Positions 1 to 9,422 of a stretch of 64,000 bases of DNA are shown here, piece after piece. A model generated the notes under the pieces. The model saw nothing but the letters and a program-made list of their open reading frames with translations. It ran no database searches and was not told the DNA's origin. The DNA is from a candidate division WS6 bacterium GW2011_GWF2_39_15. GTDB taxonomy: Bacteria; Patescibacteriota; Dojkabacteria; SC72. A program made the translations under genes and the position numbers. Each line of letters opens with the position of its first letter. Position 1 is the first letter of the stretch. The DNA lies in contig LBWK01000001.1 of NCBI GenBank assembly GCA_000993565.1, positions 84,869 to 148,868 of the forward strand. The letters run 5' to 3'.

Positions 1-327
1 AGGTTCACTAGATTCAACTATGTCGACCACATCTAGTGGACTTTCGAATATGAACTCGCGTATATGTTCAATCTCATCTTGCTCATCAGTTATAATTAGA
101 ACATCGACCTCTTTTGCATCACATGCACATGCAAGGCCTTTGGCCTGGGCTAATTTATTTCGGTCCCATCTAAATATAACAAGATCGAACTCTTCACCCG
201 TTTCCATCAGAAAAGATGTCGCCGTTGTTAAGTGATCTATTGTTGTAAAGTCTACTTGAGCAGGCCTTAAACGGTCTCCCACTTTAGACCTGTTTTCGGC
301 GTTGTCATCAATATACAATAGATTCAT
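1..327 (-). CDS. Partial ORF running off the window start; receiver (CheY-like) domain-like protein lacking the phospho-acceptor Asp
   Basis: Translated by hand from ATG at 327: MNLLYIDDNAENRSKVGDRLR...EEFDLVIFRWDRNK...DVLIITDE, open to base 1. LLYIDD and FDLVI match receiver-domain beta1 and beta3. Confidence 0.6.
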   Translation of the reverse strand, partial: MNLLYIDDNAENRSKVGDRLRPAQVDFTTIDHLTTATSFLMETGEEFDLVIFRWDRNKLAQAKGLACACDAKEVDVLIITDEQDEIEHIREFIFESPLDVVDIVESSEP

Positions 328-349
328 AATATTTAGATTTAATTATATT

Positions 350-438
350 TGGTGCCGAGGACAGGACTTGAACCTGCAAGGGATATTATTCCCACATGCT
401 CCTAAGGCATGCGTGTCTGCCAATTTCACCACCTCGGC
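350..438 (-). tRNA. tRNA-Leu (anticodon TAG)
   Basis: Reverse complement GCCGAGGTGGTGAAATTGGCAGACACGCATGCC-TTAGGA-GCATGT...GGTTCAAGTCCTGTCCTCGGCACCA; long variable arm; CCA encoded. Confidence 0.95.
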
Positions 439-470
439 ATTCTAGCATATAATTTTACTCTAAAAGGTGA

Positions 471-1919
471 TTAATTCAAAGTATCTTTAATGCTTTTTTC
501 ATAAAGATATGCGAAATTATACAGTGTATCCTCTTTAAAATGTGGGCCGATTAACTGCATTCCGACTGATAATCCATCCTTTGTGTTCCCTGCAGGAAGG
601 GCTAATGCGGGAACTCCTACCGGGTTTATAGTCACGGTAAAAGCGTCCATCAACCACATTTTGAGGGGGTCATCTGTATTCTCTCCAATTTTGGGTGGAA
701 GAACTGGCATGGTTGGGGTTAGTAATATATCTACTTTTTTAAAGGCCTTAAGAATATCATCTTTAAGAATAGCCCTTACCTGTTGGGCCTTATGGTAATA
801 TTTGTCTGCGTAACCGGTAGAAAGAGCGTAAGTACCAACCATTACCCGCCTCTTCTCCTCAGGACCAAAACCTTCGCCCCTGGTTTTAATTATTTTATCC
901 TTCCAGTCATCAACATTTGCTTCATGCCCAAATCTGATACCATCCATACGGGCAAGGTTGGAACTTGCCTCGCTAATACCAATCACATAGTATGCCGCAA
1001 TTGCATACTCGGTGTAGGGGAGAGATACCTCAACTATCTCGCATCCAAGAGATTTGTATACTTCGATGGCTTGATTTATTGCCTTCTTTACTTCCTCATC
1101 AACTCCATCCCCCAAATATTCTTTAACTACACCCACTTTTCTTCCTTTAAGACTTAAGTCCAACGCCTGATGATAAGGTTTAACCTTCTCTGCAGAAGTT
1201 GTTGCATCCCTAGTATCTTTACCCGCTATTACGCTAAGAATAAGAGCATTATCGTATATATCCTTTGTCATAGGGCCTACTGTATCATATGAGGATGCAT
1301 AAGCTATTGAACCATATCTTGATACTCTTCCGTACGTAGGCTTAAGCCCTACAATACCGCAAAATGCTGCAGGACATCTTATTGACCCTCCAGTGTCCTC
1401 ACCAATTGAAAACAAACCTCCTCCATAAGCAACTGCTGCTCCTGAACCTCCGCTGGAACCACCTGGAACCCTATCTGTATCTAAGGGATTTCGTGTTACT
1501 CCATATGCTGAGTTTTCGGTAGAAGAACCGAAACCGAAAGGATCGCAGTTAGTTTTTCCTATGAGAATAGCATCTTCCTTGGCAAGCTTTTCTACAACTG
1601 TAGCGTTGTATGGTGCTATATATCCTTCAAGCATTTTGGAACCGGCTGTAGTAGTGTATCCCTTGGTGCTATAAACATCTTTAAGGGAGTAGGGGATACC
1701 GGCGAGTTTGCCTAATGGCTCTCCCTTAGTTCTTTTCATATCAATTTGATCAGCTGCCTTTAAAGCTTCTTCCTTTATTATAAGAAGGAAGGCATGGATC
1801 GTCGGTTCCATCTCTTCAATTCTATCTAAGCATGACTGGACAAGCTCCCTTGCTGTAATCTCTTTGCTCTCAAGCAATTCTAAAGCTTCTTTTACTGTTA
1901 GCTCGTATAATCTCTTCAT
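471..1919 (-). CDS. gatA: Asp-tRNA(Asn)/Glu-tRNA(Gln) amidotransferase subunit A
   Basis: Amidase signature PGGSSGGS and DTGGSIRCPA; KRRVMVGTYALSTGY; adjacent to gatC and gatB. Confidence 0.97.
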   Translation of the reverse strand: MKRLYELTVKEALELLESKEITARELVQSCLDRIEEMEPTIHAFLLIIKEEALKAADQIDMKRTKGEPLGKLAGIPYSLKDVYSTKGYTTTAGSKMLEGYIAPYNATVVEKLAKEDAILIGKTNCDPFGFGSSTENSAYGVTRNPLDTDRVPGGSSGGSGAAVAYGGGLFSIGEDTGGSIRCPAAFCGIVGLKPTYGRVSRYGSIAYASSYDTVGPMTKDIYDNALILSVIAGKDTRDATTSAEKVKPYHQALDLSLKGRKVGVVKEYLGDGVDEEVKKAINQAIEVYKSLGCEIVEVSLPYTEYAIAAYYVIGISEASSNLARMDGIRFGHEANVDDWKDKIIKTRGEGFGPEEKRRVMVGTYALSTGYADKYYHKAQQVRAILKDDILKAFKKVDILLTPTMPVLPPKIGENTDDPLKMWLMDAFTVTINPVGVPALALPAGNTKDGLSVGMQLIGPHFKEDTLYNFAYLYEKSIKDTLN

Positions 1920-2216
1920 TTATAACACACTTTTTATAACTAAACTGCCCCCTTTACTCTTCTTCTGTCTATTTTTTACAACCTCTTTTTGCTCTAATGA
2001 AGGTTCAGGGATATCCTCTCGGAACACATTGATCAGGTCAGTCTGGGATTTGAATTCATAACCTTCAGTATCTACTTCCTTAAGTTTCTCCACATAGGCA
2101 AGAATATCTCCAATCTGTTTGGCATATTTTTCAGCTTCCATATCATCTACGTTAATATGAGCCAATTGTGCTATCTTTTTTACTTCTTCAATTGTAATTT
2201 TGTCTTTTGGATTCAT
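1920..2216 (-). CDS. gatC: Amidotransferase subunit C
   Basis: EEVKKIAQLAHI...ILAYVEKLKEVDT...NVFRED pattern; lies between gatB and gatA. Confidence 0.93.
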   Translation of the reverse strand: MNPKDKITIEEVKKIAQLAHINVDDMEAEKYAKQIGDILAYVEKLKEVDTEGYEFKSQTDLINVFREDIPEPSLEQKEVVKNRQKKSKGGSLVIKSVL

Positions 2217-3643
2217 TGTTTCAGTTTATCAAATATCATATTCTTAACGGTTTGAGCATCTGCCTGGCCTTTGAGTTCTCTCATTGCCTGACCGACAAGA
2301 AACATTGCAGCATTAGGATTTCTTCTAGCATCTTCGACAGCCTTTAGGTTACTTGTAAATATACGATTAACAACTGTTTCAAGAACCGAAGTATCACTTA
2401 CCATTTCGAGACCTTTAGTTTTAATAATATTACCAATGTATTCACCCGTATCGAAACTTTCTTCAAGGATCTCTTTTGCATTTGATCTTGTGATTTTCTT
2501 TTGAATTACCATATCAACAAGTTCCGTTAGCCATTCAGACTTAAACTCTTTACTGCGTTTATTACTGTTCACAAGAGAAAAATAATCACCGACGAACCAT
2601 TTAGAAACTTCAGATACCAATTGAGAATTTACATTCGCAGTTATGCTTTCAAATTCGAGGAAAGTATCTACGTCGTTAATTATAGCTTCAGCGGTATCTT
2701 TCTCTATTCCGTATTCTTTAATATATCTATCCTTCTTTTCCTGAGGTAATTCAGGAATTGTATTCTTGATCTCATCAATCATTTCCTGGGAGAGCTTGAT
2801 TAAGGGTATGTCTGGTTCCGGGAAGTATCTATAATCAGCTTCATTTTCTTTTGATCTCTGAGAGACTGTTTCTCCGGTCATATCAATTAATCCTCGTGTC
2901 TCTTGTTTTGGTGTCTGACCATTTTCAAGTATCTCATATTGCCTCTTCAGCTCATGTTCTATGACTTTTTCCAGTACAGAAATAGATGCTATGTTCTTAA
3001 CCTCAACCTTATACTTAGGAAGCTCTTGGTCACCCTTTTTCCTCAATGACATGTTCAACTCGAATCTCATTTCACCACGCTCCATATCAGCATTTGAAAC
3101 TCCTAAGTATCTGACAATCTGTCTTAAGCGTTTGCAATAGGCGGTGACTTCCTCTTTTGACCTGAAATCAGGCTCCGAAACTATCTCAATCAGAGGGACG
3201 CCCGATTTATTAAAGTCCAGAAGTGTTTCTCCGTTATTATGAATTGATTTTCCTGTGTCTTCCTCCTGATGAACTCTGGTAACGCCAATTCTTTTCACAC
3301 CTTCTTTGGTTTCAATGTTTGTATAACCTGAATACCCTATTGGTTGATCATACTGGGAAATTTGAAAACCTTTGGGAAGGTCAGGGTAGAAGTAGTTTTT
3401 TCTATCAAACTTTGTTTCCTGATTTATACTGCAGTTTAAAGCAAGAGCAGTTTTTATGCAGAGTTCTACAGCTCTTTTGTTTGGGACTGGCAAGGCTCCT
3501 GGAAGCCCAAAGCAAACTGGACAAACGTGAGTATTTGGAGGGGTATTAAAGTAGTTGGCATCACAACTGCAAAACATCTTTGACTTTGTTCTTGATTGAA
3601 CATGAACTTCAAGTCCAATAACAATCTCATAGGAATCAGACAT
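2213..3643 (-). CDS. gatB: Amidotransferase subunit B
   Basis: VIGLEVHVQ, KFDRKNYFYPDLPKGFQISQY and DYRYFPEPD motifs. Confidence 0.98.
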   Translation of the reverse strand: MSDSYEIVIGLEVHVQSRTKSKMFCSCDANYFNTPPNTHVCPVCFGLPGALPVPNKRAVELCIKTALALNCSINQETKFDRKNYFYPDLPKGFQISQYDQPIGYSGYTNIETKEGVKRIGVTRVHQEEDTGKSIHNNGETLLDFNKSGVPLIEIVSEPDFRSKEEVTAYCKRLRQIVRYLGVSNADMERGEMRFELNMSLRKKGDQELPKYKVEVKNIASISVLEKVIEHELKRQYEILENGQTPKQETRGLIDMTGETVSQRSKENEADYRYFPEPDIPLIKLSQEMIDEIKNTIPELPQEKKDRYIKEYGIEKDTAEAIINDVDTFLEFESITANVNSQLVSEVSKWFVGDYFSLVNSNKRSKEFKSEWLTELVDMVIQKKITRSNAKEILEESFDTGEYIGNIIKTKGLEMVSDTSVLETVVNRIFTSNLKAVEDARRNPNAAMFLVGQAMRELKGQADAQTVKNMIFDKLKQ

Positions 3644-3677
3644 ATAGTGGTAATATTAACAGCTAAATAGGATTTTT

Positions 3678-4778
3678 TCAATCAAATGTTCTTAATGTTT
3701 TCCCTACCTTTGGCTTATTTGTTTCATCCGCTTTTATTTTTTCACTTAGAATATAGTAAGTTCCTCTCCCAACCCCTTTTTGTTGAATATACTTCATATC
3801 CAGAAGCTCCTGGAGATCTCGGAATGCTGTCATAAATGACACGCCCATCAATTTTGAGTAATCATGCCGGGTAATACGGCGTTCTTTTTCCATAGTCTCC
3901 AGTATTTTCACCTGCCTGGGATTAAGGCTCTCATTTAGTTTACTGTACTTCTTAACTCTATTATCGTAAGTATTTTTTATAAGAGTCGATACCTCGGTCG
4001 AGGTGAGTGCAAGAGAGTATAGGAGTGTTTCAATAAATATAGTTAAATCCTTTTTTGACTTGCATATTTTAAAAGCACTTATAATTTCTTCTGAGATTTG
4101 GTTGATAGCTTTAGCAAAAGGAATTAGGTTTCTATGATTATAGCCGTATTCTTTAGCCAAAATGGAAATCGTCGTTATCGCAGTTATCTGATTTAGGGCG
4201 TTAAAAGGGGCTTTATCCATTATCTCGTAAAGGAGAACGGCCAGCTGGATTAGCTTATGAGGGACATTTTTAGGTGTGTTAATCCAGAGAAACAGCTCGT
4301 CAAGATGTCTTTTAGGCTTGAGATTAGGGAAAAAATCCCGAAGCTTATACCAGTTATCATGGATATCGTTGGGCTTTTCAGAAAAAGTTCTCAATTTTCC
4401 TATTTCCCATTCTTCCACTAAACTTTTACCAAGCAGTTTATTCAGATGTATCATTAGCTCTGAAGAAGGGCGGTAGAAAGAAGAAGCAGTATAAACATTT
4501 ATAAAGTCCTGCACACTTCTATAATTGGTAAGGATCCGATCTTTGGCTTTACCCGTAGGCAAAACCTTTCCTCTTTGGATTTGCAGTGCTTTGCTATATC
4601 CAATACTAGATCCAATTAACTCTCCAAGCTTATCTATATCCTCTGCTCTCAATTTTTCATAAACTTCTGTAAAATATGTGTCGGGTAGCGGGGTGGTTCT
4701 GATTCGCTCAAGTGCTAGTTCACACTTTACAATGTAGCTGAGGATATATTGTGTGATTGTAAAGGTTGGTGAGTACAT
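3678..4778 (-). CDS. Fic-family protein with C-terminal HTH; Fic catalytic motif degenerate
   Basis: Starts MYSPTFTIT like CPR Fic proteins; HKLIQLAVLLYEIMDKAPFNALNQITA aligns to the HPFxDGNGR region; C-terminal LNPRQ...TAFRDLQELL...GVGRGTYY winged HTH. Confidence 0.75.
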   Translation of the reverse strand: MYSPTFTITQYILSYIVKCELALERIRTTPLPDTYFTEVYEKLRAEDIDKLGELIGSSIGYSKALQIQRGKVLPTGKAKDRILTNYRSVQDFINVYTASSFYRPSSELMIHLNKLLGKSLVEEWEIGKLRTFSEKPNDIHDNWYKLRDFFPNLKPKRHLDELFLWINTPKNVPHKLIQLAVLLYEIMDKAPFNALNQITAITTISILAKEYGYNHRNLIPFAKAINQISEEIISAFKICKSKKDLTIFIETLLYSLALTSTEVSTLIKNTYDNRVKKYSKLNESLNPRQVKILETMEKERRITRHDYSKLMGVSFMTAFRDLQELLDMKYIQQKGVGRGTYYILSEKIKADETNKPKVGKTLRTFD

Positions 4779-4796
4779 AGGCTTTCTATTAAAATA

Positions 4797-4870
4797 AGCT
4801 GATGGACAGGATCGAACTGTCGGCCTGCTCTTTACGAAAGAGCCGCTCTAGCCAACTGAGCTACATCAGC
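4797..4870 (-). tRNA. tRNA-Thr (anticodon CGT), CCA not encoded
   Basis: Reverse complement GCTGATGTAGCTCAGTTGGCTAGAGCG-GCTCT-TTCGTAA-AGAGC-AGGCCGACAGTTCGATCCTGTCCATCAGCT. Confidence 0.93.
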
Positions 4871-4908
4871 GTAACGTTGATGTTACGATTTTAACAGAGT
4901 GTGTAACG

Positions 4909-7575
4909 CTATGCAACTGGCGTTGTTGGATCGGTATTTGTACTAATGACAGGTTCAGCAGGCGTTTGTGTGGGTACTTTGCTAGTAGCCTGTTGATTAA
5001 GTTTAATCGCCTCCTGTGTCGGCACATCGAAATTCCCTATAACCGGAGGAGGTTTCTTCCTATCTCTTGATCGCTTTACTATTAGGGTGGTCATTATGAG
5101 CAGGATTGATATTACAAGTCCGGCAACTGCAGTTAGTGCGATTAGTATAATATTGCCCCTTACATTAATACCCATCTCCTCAAGACGCTGTTCAATTGAT
5201 TGCATGTTGAATAACGGTGTTTGATCCTCACCGTCCTTTATTTTCTTTTCTGATATCTTAATTAATGGAGACATAATGCTTTGTGAGACAGGGTAAAGTG
5301 AGACAACCTTTTTGAAATCTACCAAAGCCAATTTATAGTATGCTTTTGAAAAATTATTAACTCCGCTGCGAATAAGTTTAGCAATTTTCCCTTCAGTTAT
5401 TTGAACAGAGTTTTCCTTTAATAATCTTGTAACTTCCTCTACAGAAATACCTGCATTAAAGTCCGCTGATTCATTTTCTGAAAGCTTGTAGGTCGTTACT
5501 CCGACAACATCACCATCACTATTTAATATTGGGCCTCCGCTGTTACCATAAGAAATAGAGGCGTCTATCTGTAAAAGTTTGAAAGTGCCGTCTATACTTG
5601 GTTTAACGGCGCTAATTATTCCATTTGTAACAGTTGCAATACTAGATGCTGAAGCGGCAAATACACTTTCGTTATTTACTGATCCAGGAAATCCTAAAAC
5701 ATATATCGGCATTCCGGAGGTCAGAACTTCATGCGATGTGAGCTTCAAGAATGGATAATCCTTGTTCTGAGTGTCAACTTTAATAAGAGCGAGATCTGGT
5801 ATTGATGGTGTAATCGGCTTATTATTTGCCTCGTTGTACAAACGCTTGTAGTGTGAATCTACCTGTCCTTTCACTAAAGTTGTTGCAAGCTGGTCTTGGG
5901 TATTTATAAGGTTATAAGTATTTAGATCAACTGAGAACGGTTTCTCCTGTTCTACAAAGTTAGTATACGAAGGTTCAAGTGTAATAACTCCTTGGTTTTC
6001 AAGCTCTATAAAAGAGGACATTAGAAAGAGAAGTGCATCAGAGTTGGAGTAGATATTTAGGTCAGTTGAGTAGTTTGAGAGGAGATACTGCTGAATATCC
6101 GTCGCGAAATCTCTCCAGAAAACATTGGTACTGCCAGTTAGTAGTAAGGAAGAAATGAGCATATCAACTGGATTAGGAGTTGCAACATGCCCATTGGTTA
6201 CAATATAACCTTGACTACTGACAAAAAAGCCAGATCCTGTACTCGCCTGGCATATATCATATGTTTTGCCAGGAGTAGTTTTAAGACCGCTATCACTGGA
6301 TACTTTTACTAGGACACATGCTTTATTGTATATATGTACAACTGATGGTTTCCCAATTAAAGCGGATCGATCAATTTCCAGAGACGAAGTTCCCAGTATA
6401 TTACTAGTCAGATTAAATGAACTCTCACTCTGTATATTTGTACTTTCTTCATACTTTACGGTTGTAAGAAGTTTATCGATGGCTTTTTCACCGTTGCTTC
6501 CAGTTACTGGCATGGTTGCCTTTATCGTAATAATATATTTATTATCCTTGCTCGTAGTTGTATAGATTTTGATCTTTGTCGCTGAACCTGTAAATGTATA
6601 AGAATATTCACTATAAAGGTAGGATGTACCGCCGATGTCCCTCTTTATTTTATCTGAGGAGTATTTTAGACCTTTATCCCTGTAAAAATTCTTATCAAAT
6701 GAAGTGTAAATATCATGACTTGTTTGTTCTGTTTCGTTTTCCCCTTTTGTAGAAGATGTTATTGCGAGGGTAGTTGTACTGTATTTAAAATCATCCAATT
6801 TCTCCTGATTCTCGCTTCTAAAGTTTAAAAACGCCGAATACTCAGTACTTGATGAAAGGATCCACATATCTCTATCATATTTTAATGAGGTACCACCTTT
6901 GGGGATTTCAACCTTTATATCGGTTGCGAGGTCCTTTGGTTCATATTCAGCCTTTGTTAGTATATTAGCTACCTCTGATATGTGATTCGTGACACTATAA
7001 CCATCGGGATATACAATGGTAGCTTTCAAAAACTTATCATTTACCTTTCTATAAACAATTTGTGTATTAAAAAGGGCTTTTGAGTTATCCAGGAAAGATT
7101 CTTTAACATAGGAAAATCTCATCCCTTTTAATTTCTCTATCTCGCTTTCTTCTTCTTTCTTTACATTTTCATAAAGTGCTTTGAGAGCATTTTCTTCTGA
7201 TTGAGGTGAAGTCTCTGTTGATGTAAGAGCTATTGTTGTATAGATATCCAGGTTATATGCTCCAATTTTGCTTACATACACAGAGCTGGAGGAGTCATTT
7301 AAAAGATATTTCGTAGAATCATACGTGAACAAAGTATTCAGAGAGGGGGAATAAAAAGTGGAGGTCTTGTTATGGGTACCCTTGTATACAAGCTGATTTG
7401 TCACCTCTTGTGCAAGTTGCGGGTCAAGGTTTGCTAGGACGATTTTCCCTTCCTTGCCCTTGCCTTGAATATCATCATAGAGACCCTTACCAATTATTAT
7501 AAAGAGGATTAATGAGTTTAAAATACTTAATACCACTCCCGTAAGGATAAGAGATTTTACATTTAACTCTTTCAT
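4909..7575 (-). CDS. Membrane-anchored trypsin-like (S1/HtrA-type) serine protease with large N-terminal extracellular region
   Basis: Triad motifs VTNGHVA, DLALIKV and GNSGGP; N-terminal and C-terminal TM helices; no PDZ domain evident. Confidence 0.85.
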   Translation of the reverse strand: MKELNVKSLILTGVVLSILNSLILFIIIGKGLYDDIQGKGKEGKIVLANLDPQLAQEVTNQLVYKGTHNKTSTFYSPSLNTLFTYDSTKYLLNDSSSSVYVSKIGAYNLDIYTTIALTSTETSPQSEENALKALYENVKKEEESEIEKLKGMRFSYVKESFLDNSKALFNTQIVYRKVNDKFLKATIVYPDGYSVTNHISEVANILTKAEYEPKDLATDIKVEIPKGGTSLKYDRDMWILSSSTEYSAFLNFRSENQEKLDDFKYSTTTLAITSSTKGENETEQTSHDIYTSFDKNFYRDKGLKYSSDKIKRDIGGTSYLYSEYSYTFTGSATKIKIYTTTSKDNKYIITIKATMPVTGSNGEKAIDKLLTTVKYEESTNIQSESSFNLTSNILGTSSLEIDRSALIGKPSVVHIYNKACVLVKVSSDSGLKTTPGKTYDICQASTGSGFFVSSQGYIVTNGHVATPNPVDMLISSLLLTGSTNVFWRDFATDIQQYLLSNYSTDLNIYSNSDALLFLMSSFIELENQGVITLEPSYTNFVEQEKPFSVDLNTYNLINTQDQLATTLVKGQVDSHYKRLYNEANNKPITPSIPDLALIKVDTQNKDYPFLKLTSHEVLTSGMPIYVLGFPGSVNNESVFAASASSIATVTNGIISAVKPSIDGTFKLLQIDASISYGNSGGPILNSDGDVVGVTTYKLSENESADFNAGISVEEVTRLLKENSVQITEGKIAKLIRSGVNNFSKAYYKLALVDFKKVVSLYPVSQSIMSPLIKISEKKIKDGEDQTPLFNMQSIEQRLEEMGINVRGNIILIALTAVAGLVISILLIMTTLIVKRSRDRKKPPPVIGNFDVPTQEAIKLNQQATSKVPTQTPAEPVISTNTDPTTPVA

Positions 7576-7643
7576 CTGAGAATGGGCAAATTTAAACTAT
7601 AAAATAGTACTACTTTAGATTCTAATGATCAAATGAGAACAAA

Positions 7644-7720
7644 TGGAGCGAGAGACGGGACTCGAACCCGCAACCTTCTCCTTGGGAAGGAGACATTCTA
7701 ACCAATTGAACTACTCTCGC
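7644..7720 (-). tRNA. tRNA-Gly (anticodon CCC)
   Basis: Reverse complement GCGAGAGTAGTTCAATTGGTTAGAATG-TCTCC-TTCCCAA-GGAGA-AGGTTGCGGGTTCGAGTCCCGTCTCTCGCTCCA. Confidence 0.95.
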
Positions 7721-7755
7721 ATCTCGATATTTATACCATAAATAGGGGTTTCTTT

Positions 7756-8472
7756 TTAGGGCTTATTTTGAAATAAACAAGTAATGTAAATCCTCGGAAA
7801 TTCTCCTTTATATGCTCGTGTCACAGTTTGATACTCCTCATATTCAATGAGTTTTAAAGGTGAGAAGAGCTTTTCCAGCTCTCCTTTTGTAAAAGCTTTC
7901 TCTGTTATCGTATCTTCTTCAAATTTAAATCTGTACGAATTCTCTTCGGGGCCGGGCATTTTAGCCTTTAAATCAACTACTGCAGGAGAGTTAGCCAGGA
8001 GTGTAAAAATAAGGTAGTAACCGTTTGGAGCAATTAACCTCTTAATATGCTTTACGGTCTCTCTTCTAGACGACTTTGTCATCGAATGAAGTGTAGTCAT
8101 ATCAATAATTAGGGAGTAGCTGTTTACATCTTTCCCAATCTCAAGGGCTGCATCGTTTGCAATGAAATCAATTCGGTCTGCCAGTCCAAGCCTTTTAGCC
8201 TCCTGCTTTGCCAGGTCAATAGCTACAGGTGAAAGGTCAATTGCTTTGACATATTTAAAACCGTTTTGTATTAAATAGAAGGCGTTTCTCCCGTTACCTG
8301 CTCCAATATCCAAAGCTTTATCCTTCTTTATTCTGGGATACTTCTCAATAAATCTTCTTAAAGAGGAAGAAGGGTGAAATGTATTTGAGGAGGGTAGGGC
8401 TTTACGTGTTGAATATTCTTTATTCCAGAGGTATTTTCTGTATTTGATAGAATCGATATCTAATCCACCCAT
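7756..8472 (-). CDS. Class I SAM-dependent methyltransferase
   Basis: ALDIGAGNGRNA motif I; AIDLSPVAI motif II. Confidence 0.88.
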   Translation of the reverse strand: MGGLDIDSIKYRKYLWNKEYSTRKALPSSNTFHPSSSLRRFIEKYPRIKKDKALDIGAGNGRNAFYLIQNGFKYVKAIDLSPVAIDLAKQEAKRLGLADRIDFIANDAALEIGKDVNSYSLIIDMTTLHSMTKSSRRETVKHIKRLIAPNGYYLIFTLLANSPAVVDLKAKMPGPEENSYRFKFEEDTITEKAFTKGELEKLFSPLKLIEYEEYQTVTRAYKGEFPRIYITCLFQNKP

Positions 8473-9422
8473 TCGCTTTTCTGAATAATCTCAGATAACA
8501 CCCAGTCATAGTCACCATTCACGACATTTGCATCGCAGTATTTACATATACCTGATACAGATACTTCTATAGGAGCTCCACAGTTTGGACATTTCCTGTC
8601 GAATAATCCACTTTTTAACTTTGTTTTAAGAGTAGAGCGTCTTATGAATACCCAATATTCTGTAAATGGGGGAGTTTGCTCCTTTGTACCCTCTATAATT
8701 TTTTCGGGTGCTCCTTCCTTTACTTTATAATCCTTCATTGATGCACGGATCTTAACCGCAATTTTGTGATACTCTTCGCCCATATCAACTCGTACTATGT
8801 TAGTAGACCCTACTACTATATTTTCAAGCACATTGATTGTTTTGTTCTTCTTCATATTTTCAATCTGCATTTGGTGGCTCTGATATACCTCCTCGGACAT
8901 AAACGGTCTGCAGACTGCCTGATCTCTGTTTGTCCATCCTTCCTGAACAGACATAAACACTTTTTTAGAGTATGTCTTAAATTTCTGCTCATCAAACTGG
9001 GGGTCAGTCTTCTTTAAGGCTTTGAGACCGTCATTTACCTGTTCACTTTGCATTGAGGAATGATCAGGTGTTATTGGAGTATCAGAGACTGTAGGACCGC
9101 CAGGTCCCGAACCACCCTTTCGTCTTGAGGCTAATATTACTATGACAATGATAATTATGATTATAACGAATGTAGAACAGCCAACACCATCATTATTAAT
9201 ACCTGAGCCATTACCAGAGGTTGTAGACCATCCTGAGCCCCCAAAATCGCCGGATGATGAGCTTCCAGAGTCAAAGCCACCATCTCCAAAACTTTCACCA
9301 CCACCTGCACGTGCATAAGCAAATCCTGTGCTGGTTAATGTTAGAAGAAAGGTCAGAATTAAAGCTAAAAGTATTTTACTTCTGTTCCTGTTGTACTGGA
9401 TCATTCTTTTTGTCTTTTTCAT
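8460..9422 (-). CDS. Tim44-like domain membrane protein with Gly-rich linker and C-terminal zinc ribbon
   Basis: Signal-like N-terminus, RAGGG Gly/Ser-rich stretch, TM helix, DPQFDEQKF...FTEYWVFIR (Tim44-like), CPNCGAP...CKYCD. Confidence 0.8.
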   Translation of the reverse strand: MKKTKRMIQYNRNRSKILLALILTFLLTLTSTGFAYARAGGGESFGDGGFDSGSSSSGDFGGSGWSTTSGNGSGINNDGVGCSTFVIIIIIIVIVILASRRKGGSGPGGPTVSDTPITPDHSSMQSEQVNDGLKALKKTDPQFDEQKFKTYSKKVFMSVQEGWTNRDQAVCRPFMSEEVYQSHQMQIENMKKNKTINVLENIVVGSTNIVRVDMGEEYHKIAVKIRASMKDYKVKEGAPEKIIEGTKEQTPPFTEYWVFIRRSTLKTKLKSGLFDRKCPNCGAPIEVSVSGICKYCDANVVNGDYDWVLSEIIQKSEWVD

